From NCBI GenBank assembly GCA_964035545.1, contig OZ037767.1, positions 7,698,581 through 7,762,580 on the forward strand: a stretch of 64,000 nucleotides of DNA. Reading direction: 5' to 3'. Below are positions 13,101 through 25,100 of the stretch, in pieces (position 1 is the first letter of the stretch; each line of letters begins with the position of its first letter). The notes beneath the pieces are model-generated. The model was not told the DNA's origin. It was given only the letters and a program-made list of their open reading frames with translations, and searched no databases. This DNA comes from Bugula neritina. Its lineage: Eukaryota > Animalia > Bryozoa. Made by a program: the position numbers and the translations under genes.

Positions 13101-16100
13101 CAAAAAAACAGTGGTTTTAATGAAACATGTGAAGGAATCGAACAGAAAACGTTTTCAACAGAGTCAGCTGATATAGAGCAACAGAACTCATTTGACAGCC
13201 ATCCTCATAGTCAGACTTCATCAGAAGTAACTGAGTTACCAGAAACATCAATTACTCAGAAAAAAGATTTGCACATTCTATTGATAGACAAAAATCAAAA
13301 TTTGGAATAAAAGGCTCAAAAAGTTCCACGTTTAAACAAAAAGCAACTATTGAAAAAGTAAAAGTTTTTAAAACTTTCACCACTACAGATGAGCGAACTA
13401 AATTCTATACTGGAATAACTACACGTTCTCTATACTATTTTTTAGCAAGGTAAAAATTATGATTTTCTTTTTGCAAAGATAGACTATGGTTTATTACAAA
13501 TAAACAATGCAAGTCTCACTATGCTAAAATTTGTACATTGATTAAATTTGATGTGTAGTAAAACTGTCATTTTAATTATATTTGTTGCAGTGTGAGTGCA
13601 TCATTCATACATTTTTTATTAAAGATGTTGTTTTATGTAAGATATTCATAAATACCACAGAGGTAATCTGCATGCTTTGACTTATTTAGTTTAGGGTTTT
13701 ATTTAAACAAGCAGCAGTCTTTTATTTGTGGACAAATCACTTTCTCCAGGAAAAGTAAATTGTTTTGACCTAAATTCTTCTTGGTTATTTTAAAGCTTAT
13801 CAAAAATGGCCTCCTAATCTAATTTTTAGCTGAAACTAACTCAGTGTTTAAAACTAAAATGGTTTACACTTGTTATTAGTTTCACTCATTCACAAACATT
13901 ATTAAATGCTATTTTAGAAATAATATGGGTTTGAATTAGTTATAGTATAATTATAAAAGGAAGTAATAATTGTTTGTCAACAGTATTTGTTTAAACTCAT
14001 GACACCATTCAAAGCATGTACTCAGACAACTAGCTTATTATGTACTTTTACAGTATTACGTAACACATGTTGACACACATTACATTCTGTTTGAATGGTG
14101 ATATATTGGGTCAAGCCTTCAGCTACCAGTTCTTGAACTTTATAGTTGTTGCAAAATATAACTGAAGCTACTTGCCAGAGGGTAAAAACTGCTGAATGAA
14201 TACAAACCAAACACAAAATTTATTTAGCCCGTACAATATAATTTGAATCATAATTTAATTTTTATTTTTTATTTACTATATTTAGATTTATATGTCCAAA
14301 GATGAAAGTTCTCACTCTCAGAAAAAAGTTAACAAGACAAGATGAAATTTTATTGGCTTTGATGAAGCTGCGTCAAGGTTTACAATTTCAAATGCTTGCT
14401 GGCCTTTTTCATATCTCTAGATTGCTAGCAAGCAAAACCTTCAAAGACACATTAGATATTTTAGCAAGAGAACTGAACAATCTAATAGTTTTTCTACCAA
14501 GAGAGAAGCTGAACATTCCTCTGAGCTTTCAAAGCCAATATGCTAACATTAGGTGCATTATAGACTGCACAGAAATATTCATTTGCAAGCCTCAATCAAA
14601 GCTGGCCTAATCTTCAACATGGAGTGAATATAAAAAGACCAACACCATCAACTATTTGGTTGCAATTACACCCAGGGGCACTATCTGCTTTATGTTACAT
14701 GGAATGGGAGGTAGAGCCCAAGACAAGTGTGTAGTGAATGACTGGGTTCTTAGACTTTATAAACCCAGGTGATGTGGTTATGGCAGATAGAAGCTTTCTT
14801 ATTGAAAAAGAACTTATAGGCGCTGGAGCCAAGTTGGCCATACCACCTGGGAAAAAAGGCCATTTGCAAGTGACTAAAATGCAGTTACTGCAAACAAAGT
14901 TGATTGCTAACCTTGGAATCCATGTCGGAAAGAGCAATCAAAAGAATAAAGGAGTTCAATATTTTAAATGGTTCTGAAGGTGTGAACTTGGTATTGGCAC
15001 CTCTATTAGACAAGATTATGATAGTTTGCTGTGCTCTGTGTAATCTACAGCCACCATTGGTGACTGATGAAATCTAGAATTTGAAGTAAAAATGTGTTAT
15101 TTTTACCAGTGCCATTTTACTAGAAATCTATATCTAGCTTTAATATAATATTCTTGTAATTTTTCATCATAGCAATAAATAAATTACATTGTTTCCACAC
15201 TAATATTTCATATATTTATAGTTTATTTGAAAGCTTACGATGTTTATTGTGGATGCAGTTGACTGCTGCAGAAACTGACTACTGTTTTCAAAATTTAAAA
15301 GGAAAACAAGTTCCTGGTGCAGAAGTGGCAGAATATGTAATACTAATTTTTCAAATTGAAGGTAAGAAATGGGGTCATTTCAGCATTCATAAGCTGCACA
15401 TAATAGCTTATGTGTATATTTATATGGTGTGGACTTGCTATTACTGCGAGCAACAATATTACCAGCATGGGTGGTTGATTTAACCTCTTAGTAGTTCCCA
15501 TGGCTTACATACAATAAAATTCTAGTTGAATAGAATATTTACTATTGTAAAGTACAAAGCAAATGACCAGAATATTTCATTTGTTAAACAGAAATTTTGT
15601 AATGCTACTGTGGATTGGCTACTGTACATTAGCTAGATGTAGGCGGAGTCTACACTACCCAGCCATCCAGTTGCATATACTAAAGGGCCATTCAAAAACC
15701 AGCCAATCAAAGTCATGTACCAAATTCACAGATGTTTACTGCAAGCTTCCAATGCTAAACAATAACTCATTCAAGCTGCAACAACAAATAACTACTAAGC
15801 TGGCAGTTATGTAATAATTGGCCTTAAGTTGCAAAAGTGTACCAGGTCATTTTTCTAGACATGCAATTTTTAATTGCATTTTATAAACACTTAATTTAGA
15901 CATTTTAAAAAATCATTTCAAGAGTCAACAATTTAAGAAATGAAATTAAAAAATGCATGAAAAAAAAGTTGCAAAACTAGCTTTTAGAAGCATGCATTTT
16001 GCAATTGAACTTGCAGAATTTTATATCAGTTACAATAGTAAGACATTGACCTGGTACACTTCGCTGATTGGCTGAGTTTTACCTGGTCTATTGGGGGAAG

Positions 16101-19100
16101 AGAGATTAACTATTTACTATGCTGAAGGCTTAGCAATAGCCATAGTTTTTAAGGTGTTAGAAAATTATGCCACACACTTAGCTATATAACTACAGTATTT
16201 AGAAAATAGCCATAAGTATTGTCTCAAGGGAGACAACTGTGATGTTTACCACAATATGTTCAGCACTTAAGTTTTATTCAATCCACAAAGTTACTACAAT
16301 GGTGGCAGCAGTGGGATTCTGAATAACTAAGTATCACCAAAGAGAACAAGATGGCCCAAGGGGAAAAAGAGAGGACAACCCCTGGAGCGCCAGAGACAGT
16401 AGCCCACACAATTGAGGCTCTGGTGACAGCCCTCCAAGAATTACAGGAGACTGGGCAAGCGCCACCTGGTGACAGGTACCACCTCAAACCCTCGATTTTC
16501 GGAGACGAAAGGAGATGTCGAGCAGTTCATCCTGGAGTTTGAGGATGTGGCCACCATTGCTGACTGGCCAGGAATGGTGAGCATCTTTCATCTCTGGGCC
16601 TGTTTGACAGGCCGGGCCAAGAGTTTTGCACTTGGGCCTGGCGAAGCTCACATCATGCAAGCTTTCAGGGCCCAATTTGGCCTGACGACCGAGGAGGCCT
16701 CAGACCAACTACAAGCTATGAGAAGGGATCGGAGGACGTTTTTGGAAGACCACGCTAACGCGGCGAAACGATTGGCTCAGGCTGCCTTTGGTCAAGTCAC
16801 GGATGCCGAGCAATGCCTGCAAATAGAGAAACGGAACAAGGACCCGATCGCCTTGGCGTGGAGACAGAGCTATAGGGCAGGGCATCGTCTATCGGTGGGA
16901 GCACGGCCATCTTTCGACCGAATTCCACTCATTTTGGTCAAATATTTAAGTTTTGGTATTATTTCAATTTATTTTATCAAACGCTTACATTTTTGTCACA
17001 TGGACCCTATTTTTGATATATAATGTGGAAAAATGGAACATGTATAAAAAAACTGTTTATGTGGTTTCCAATATCTCGTTACTGCACCTACCCCATATCT
17101 ACTGTACATTAAAAACTGATATCTAGATTATAGCGTTTGTTTTTATATATGGTGCATGTTTGAGCTGATGCCTTAATATAAACTTGCAAATTACACTTTG
17201 AAATGTGCTGCAAAAGCCTCAATTTCAAGCTAAAACAGAAGATAATTTTGACCCGGGAGGGCTCTCTTCCACCCCTCCCGTACCCTCTCAGGCAGCCCAT
17301 TGTGCGCGCCAGAGTTGTCCTTCCTATTGTCCCAGAGTACCAGCTGATAAATTTTTATACCAACATGCCACTGGTCACTGCTGCTGGTTTTCTTGATTCT
17401 ATTGGCTCTCCTTCTTTTGCTTCAACCATCCTGCTTTGCTATTCTCGTATGCAAGCCTACCTAATTATTCTGAATCTCGCCGCTGCCACTAATGTACTGA
17501 CTTTTTTGGGTAGAAAGGAATTAAGTGGGGAGCGTACCTCCACAGTATAAAAAACAAGATAGCTTGTCCGTGTTGAGTAGAATAATCTTTATTAGGTGCT
17601 ACAAATTTATCTGTTTGTCTTTACCAGGCGAGCTCCAGTGGAAGACTGACCCTACTCTAAACCTATCTTTGCTTAACAATGTACTAAGAAATAAAAATCA
17701 GTTTATTGTTCAAAAAACATTTTTGGAAAAGATAATGTATGATTTCCTATCTCCTCCCTCATAGTTATATAAATAAAGAGCAAAGCCTAGATTACTAACA
17801 AAAATAATTGCCTGTAAGCCCATAAGTGTGTTTAGGACTGTATATAATATAGCAATTTGCTTACACTGTAATAACTTACATGGGGCACCCAGGTAGTAGC
17901 CATCCACACATCATAGTCTGCTGCCGAAGCTAGTTTTGTATTTTCGTAGCCATTGTAACTCTTTCCATCTCCAACAGTGAACTCATATCCACCAGGCGTA
18001 GAAAGCTTTGTGTCATCAGCCAGTATCTCAGCTGTTATGTAACAATTTTGAGTGAGAGTAAGACTTGTTCTAGATACTGACTTGGAGCGAGAAGATGAGA
18101 GACAGCTACTATCAGATACAGCCCTTTTACTCCTGTTCTTTTTTTGAACCAGTATCAAGTAAGACCTGCAGCAAATGTTACTCAAAAGAATCATTTGGTC
18201 GTACTATTTACTATGTGATTTGTCTGACAAAATCGTGGCTAGTCAATCACAAGAGAGGGGCTCATGGACTCATGGAAATTTTTAGAGAACTTCTAAGTGA
18301 TTCTCAGGAGTGTGTGGCCGAGCCTTTAGGCTAATTATAATTACTATGCTTAAGATTCTATGTCCTTGACAGGTTGTCACATTAAAACTAATTTCAGACA
18401 CTAGGTTATATTTTATTGTGACAGGAATAATATTGATCGTTTTATTCATAGTTCAAAAACTGTGCTTATCTGACATAGAAAAGAAAGTTTGGGTAGCAGC
18501 CATGAAAATGTTCTTTCTCAAAATTTGAAGCAAATATTATCATTTATATGGTTTACTACTATTTATGTGCTTTATAAAGCATATAAATAGTAGTAAGCCA
18601 TATAAATGATAATATTTGCTTCAATTTTTTAGAAAGAATAGGTTAGTTATTATACATTGTATAAACTAAAATTATTATACTAGATAAAAAATTTTTGTAG
18701 TGCTTCAATATTGGAGTTCTCTCAACAACATTTTTTCTTTAAAATCACTGGCTTAACAAATTGGCTGCTGTCATAACGTAAAGATATCTTGCAAAGTTGC
18801 TTATAGATTACAACTGTGACTATAGCTCTAGCTGAAACACAGGTGTCATGCAGCTTCTTTTCTGCAAACATAACCAAAATGATCTTGATATAGTTTTTGC
18901 AGAGTCATGCAATCAAATTTTAAAAATCAAATTTTTTCAGTGAACTGACATATGGAGATGCAACTTTTGGTTGAACACTGAATTATATCAAAGAATCAAC
19001 TTGACAAGCTGAATCACCTAATCACCACCATATTGCTTGATTATGATACAAAGTATATACAGTACAACCTTGCAATTTTTGTGGTTAAAATAAAATACTG

Positions 19101-22100
19101 AATAATTATACCTTATTTTAACAATTTCTGTCTGAAGTGGTAAAATGATGATTGTAACTTTTCCTGAAGACACCACAGGCTTGGTAAACCAGCTCTGATT
19201 CTTGACTAAAATTTATAATCAATTTTAAAAAAAAAGTGAAAATTAAACAAGGTCAGCAAGTTAAAAGTTATAATTTATAAAAAACAGCATGAGAAGAGCT
19301 GAAATGATTACAAAATGAAAGCGGTAATATAATTGTCATTTGTCAATATAATCGCCTGTTTGAATGGCTGATAATAGTGATAAGACCAATTGTAGTTCTA
19401 GAAGAGCTTTGCGATCATTTTTATTTACATATCATAAGCTTTAACCCAAATAAATTTAGCTATAGAATGTTGTGGACTTTATGAACTAATGCTGGGACAA
19501 AACCAAGAAAATTCAAATACGACTGCATTGAGATATGTAGCCTTTGGTAGTGCCTTGAATAAAAATGTTAGTTATTATAGCAGATCGAACTAAGCTTGCA
19601 ATGTCACAATAGATCTATTTATAAGAAAATGTTTTTACCATGCTATGTCTTATATAGTGCTTTAATTAAGAAGCAGCTGTGGTCTAGGGGTTAGAACATC
19701 TGCTTAGTAAGCAGGAAGTCATGGGTTCGAGCCCAGACAAAGACCATTGGTTATGTTAGGAAGAGCATCTAGCCATAATCGCTCCTGTCCCCATCTGAAT
19801 GAATCTATAGCCCGATTTAACAAAAAAACTTTTTATCAAGGCTATCTCACAGGAATTGTGACTATAAATTTTTGCGTAACTTTATAGTGTTTTAATTGTA
19901 GGTGAAATAATTTTTCGACAAGACAAATCATAAACCATATGTGTACTTTGCAATAAGCTTTGTACCTTGTGATGGTTGAAGATTCTTCGAAAAAAGTTGT
20001 TATTTATTGTTGCAGAGCATAGCAATTAGTCCCAAAATTTGAAAAAAACTTTTGGAGAATATTACCCCACGATATAAAAAATTATATGAGATGGTAAGTT
20101 GAAATAAAATATAATACTAACTGATGAATTCAGTAACAGTAGTTGCTGGTAGACTGGCAGGACTTGGCGCATATACTGAACCAGCTTGAGCTGTGCATTT
20201 TATCACAGAAGCAGACGTTAGATTACATATAGAAGTCTTTTCTTCACCCTGATTGGTTAATGTGAAGTTTACTAATGGTATGAAACCAGTTGTTTTGTTG
20301 TAGCTACATTCGATCTAAAAGAGAAAACATTTCTTTTACCACTAAACACTGCAATATGTACAAAATAATTATGCATTGATAACTTTGTGCTTTTTATCTA
20401 CATCAGTAAACCAGCTATGTACAGCTGGCTGACCCATCAATGCAGTTTCAAGACAATACGCAATGTTGAATGCAGTTTTAGAAATATGTTGAAATGGATT
20501 CCTGCCAGAAGAAAATTATATAGCAGTAATCAGCGTTTGTTGTAATTGTAGGTAAACTCACTAAATAATAAGTATTTACTCCTGTGTATTCTCCAGGTTT
20601 GCTTAAGGATATATTTATGCAGTTTTCTTTTGCTGATTCCAAAACAATGCTGGGTGAAGTTGTTGGTTCTACAGCAAATTAAAGGTTTTGGAAAGTGATA
20701 TTTCATATATTAGAGTAAAGACATAATTTTGATACAAGTGAATTTAAACCAAATGCCAGTTTCTGAATATATTCATGCTATAATTTATGGCAAATTTTAA
20801 CTGTTTGGTAAACTTCTCAAGAACTGATTATAATATTGTAAATTTAAAAAATAGTTCTTACCAATATTTCCAGTCATAACTGTCAGCTCTTTGGTTGAAT
20901 TCTTGTTTTGTTCATTTCTAGCCTCCACTTCAAACTGGTAGCTGGTGTTGGCCATCAGATTAGAGAAAACATTTTGTTTACTGAACCCTGGCTGAGGAGA
21001 ACTTTTCATCCTGAAACTCAATTCTGTTGTATCATTTGGTCCACACCAACTCAAAAGGGTCTATTAGAAAGTCACAAAACATTGCATACAGTCTAAAAGG
21101 GCATAAGAGACTACTGACATTTAGCAGCGCTTTTTTTGCCAAAATTACATTATAGAGATTATAATATTATGTTTTGTACAAATCAATGAATGAGCATACC
21201 TGGTTTTTGATAATTATAACTTTCCGGTAACTTTTCCAGTCATCTTGATAAACATACTCATCTATATAATCTATTTTTCCGACAAACTCTGGTGCTGAAA
21301 AAAAATGTCACTGAACATGTGTGAGGATCTTGTGATACATTTGAAGGTTTAACCTGTAGACTTATGGTACATTTTTCAATGCTTCAGCTTTATAAAATTG
21401 TTGTGTAAGCTTTATAGTGGTCCCGTTGTTTATCAAGGTAACTTTGTAAGTTTGCAAAACAGTTTATCCGATAATTGACTAATTACAAACATAATTTAAA
21501 AGAAAACATCATTACAAATTTTGAGTTGGTATTTTAAATGTCTCTAACTCTAACAACCAAATTATTATCAAACCTTCACATGCCGTATGGCTGCTGGATT
21601 CACCTATATCTCCTTCACCAGCTTCATATATCACTTTAAGTTGACACTCAACTAGCTGATAAGGTTGATATCCTTCTTTTACATCTTGACTCTTTGTAGT
21701 GTTACTAACGTTTTTCCAATCCATCAAATTAGTGCAAACAAACTGTAAAGAATTATTTAGCAAAGTCAAAAAAAAAAATCATGAGCATAAAACATATAAT
21801 TGAGCGATTAGAACACAAGATGACATATCTCACTTGATAACTGATAATTGTGCCATAAGTATACTCTGGAGGTTCCCAGGATAAGGTTACAGAGTCTTCT
21901 GATTTTCCAAATACAGTCACTGCCGGTGCATCAGATGCTGAAAATAATGTAGAATGCTTGATCAAGATTTACAAAAACACTGTGTGAAACCTGTGGTCAG
22001 AAAAACAAATTAATAAATAACGATATTAGACTTAGTTTCAATCTATAAGATTTTTTATAGAAGAGCATAAAAAGTGAAAACATTAAAGTTATTAGCTTCA

Positions 22101-25100
22101 ATGCAGAATGTTTTGTTTTTGTATGAGCAAAAAATAACATTCATTTATTTTAGTAGATAAAAGAAGAGACAACTAAAGACAACATTTGAAATAAAAGTTC
22201 AGATGGTAATGCAAACTTTCTATTGAAATTTTAATCTTTATAGGTATTTAATGTCAAAATAAAATAATTTGTGTGATGTGTATTATTTTTACTTTTGATT
22301 TATATTTTGATATGTTTTTATTTTATATTCAATCATGGCCTAAAATAGGGAGCTATCAAAAATTGACAATATAAAAACTCCAGAAAATTAAATGCAAATT
22401 GATGCCAAAATTGTTACAAACATATTATATGAAAAAAAGCACATTCGCTCACGTAAACTTTCTGTGATGACTGTGTGAGTAGCTGGTGTATCTGACTTCT
22501 TGTTACCATTATTTATAGTCCATACTGAGAATGTTATGGAAACTCCTCCAGCATCAGCTGTAAATGTAGCCATGCTGTCAGATGTGACTTTTGTTGAGCC
22601 ACCGGTGATTGTCCATTCATAGCTCTTTATAGAAATGCAATTGATGGTAGTTGGGGCCTGTAAAATGTACATGTGCATGTATAGTGCTTGTTATTGGCTT
22701 CGACTTTTTTATGTCGAATTGCAAGATACTAAACAGATGCAAAGTATGTTGTGCATCGGCATTATTTTTATGCGCTAAACAACATTTTACAAAAAAAATA
22801 TATACTGATGTAGTGTCAGTATATATTTATACACATCATTCTATGCACAGGAAACAAAATTATATTTATGGTTATGATGGATAGTTGCCGAATAATTATG
22901 TGTATGCATATCCTTCATACATAAATTATGACAGAACCAATATAAGAAAATACTCTAATATTGAAAAAAGTAAATGTGAGAGAAATTTATAACCAGTTGA
23001 AAACTCCTAAATAACTTAGTAGGGTAAATTTAAAATACAGTTCATGCAAGTTACAACACAGACACATTTAGCACTGGTGGCAGTTTGAATAGTTCATGAG
23101 CTACAGTAGTTTAATCGAGTGAAATAATCAGGCTAACTTGCACTGGCTGTGAAAAAATTGACAGCTAATATAAAATTGGTTTTCAATTTTATTACACTTT
23201 CAGTAGGTAATAAAACTGTTTCCAGTTGATTATAGTTTGAAATATTGAGCTGTAACAACGAATAGTTATATAATAACCATGGGTGTGCGCATGCATGCAG
23301 CTACTGGTCAAAGTAACCTCGTATACATTATCAATGAGTTTCTACCATCAATAATACATTTATATAAATCTCATATACATTATAATAGGCATATAAATAG
23401 TTAAATTAGATTTGCATCATATTTCAATTATGAATATAGAATATATGCTTTCCAGTTTTACAGGAAGTGCTTATTACTCACCGTCCATGTTGCTGTGTAT
23501 TTCCAAGTTTTAGCACCATTTAGAAGCAGTCTTCTAGCTGTTAGTACTATATCAGAGGGAGGATCTGGTGCTGAAGAAAAAAACTTGCCATGTTTTAAAA
23601 ATTAGGGTTTTTCATAAGAAATTTACTGAAATGCAGGAAGTTCAGCAAAACTTAACAACTATAATACCAGTTTAATTGAAGTTGTCAGCAGTTGAATTTT
23701 GATTTCTTTTAGGCATTAAAATTATACATAATAGCATGCAGTGTGAATTTCACAAAATGTTATAAATACATATTCAGTACATGCTAAATATAATAAAGTC
23801 ACCTACTGTTACAAAAGCTTTTGTTTCTAGCTTTTAATGAAATATTGTTTGATGAAAGCTTTTTGTGAAAGCCTTTGCAATAGCTTTTTAATGGTAGCTT
23901 TTTGCTGTTTTATGAGTCAGTACAACTCAAGAACCAAAAGAAGAAAATTGGCTGTGATAATTTTCTGTCAATTTTCCTTTTGTTAAAGAAGCAGGCAACC
24001 TAAACTGTATTGCTCAAATGATCGTTAAAGTATTGTAAGAAATATAGACTGTTGGCATCAAGCAAAATGTTAAGTTGTATCCTGCATCTGTGTAACCAGC
24101 TATCACAACACGTACACATAGGCATTTGTGCCACTCAGCTGTCACACCCAGCTAAACTTTTTATAAAAGTTCTGTCCACACTAATTGTATATTAGTTGCT
24201 ATTGTTTATCAGAGATATAACATCACATATACGGTTTTCATTACCAATGGCACCGTTAAAAAAAGCACAAGTAAAAATGGCACAAAGCATGGTAAAGTAG
24301 GTACAATGGCACAAAGCATGGTAAAGTAGGTACAATGACACATTATCGAGATACGGGTTTAGGATAGGATTGAGTGTTTGGAATAGGAGCTTAGGTTTGC
24401 AGAATGGGGGCTTAGGTTTGGATTTGAAGTTTAAGGGTTGAGGGTCTGAGTTTAGGGCTTGGAAAAGTTTGACGTTTGTGTGCCATTTCTTCGTATACTT
24501 TTATTTCCTATTTTATCTTATTTACTTTTTCATGCTATTATTACCTGTGCAACGTTCACCTAAAATCCATATATGCATCTATAACAGATGACGAGCAGCA
24601 TACCTGTACACTGCTTAGTCATTACATGCAGAGAGATAAAAGGTCCAGGACACGTATCAGAATTTCCTGTAGAATGAGACACTAGAAATCTGTAAGCTGT
24701 TCCTGAACTCAACTGAGGGGCAGTAAAACTCACTCTACCATTTTCCTTCTCAACATTCAGATTGGGTTCGCCAGTCAAACTGACTTCATACCTGTATATT
24801 GTAAAAAAATACAAAGTTATATAGTTACTGTTATGCACAGATTTTGTTTTTTTTTATTGAGCAACAGACAATAATTAGTTTGGTATCAGTATTTTTTAGA
24901 TGTTGAGAGAAACATGCTTTTTATCATGTCACATATACTTACTGCAATTTGCTGTAATCAATTTTAGGGTTACAATTAAAAAGCCAGGGTTGGGATTCAC
25001 GATTCCATTGGCTGAAAGATGCTGTTACAAAAGTATTGTCTGTATATACTATGTCAACATCCCTTGCTACACTAAATGTTGGAATATGATCTACAATAAT

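Larger units (their letters stand above)
11396..16870 (+). mobile_element. Truncated Gypsy element (5' LTR, tRNA-Leu PBS, gag fragment), split by the ISL2EU-like element
   Basis: LTR TGTAATAA (11396) to TTACTACA (16298); PBS TGGTGGCAGCAGTGGGATTC at 16300; gag-like [24 protein letters not shown] from 16351. Confidence 0.75.

Noticed and set aside
19673-19745. Possible tRNA-Thr gene
   Set aside because: No acceptor stem, continues into a SINE-like body, and the paralogous copy is decayed
24340-24470. Telomere-like or G-quadruplex repeats
   Set aside because: Degenerate core of an old repeat shared by both paralogs, not a true telomeric array
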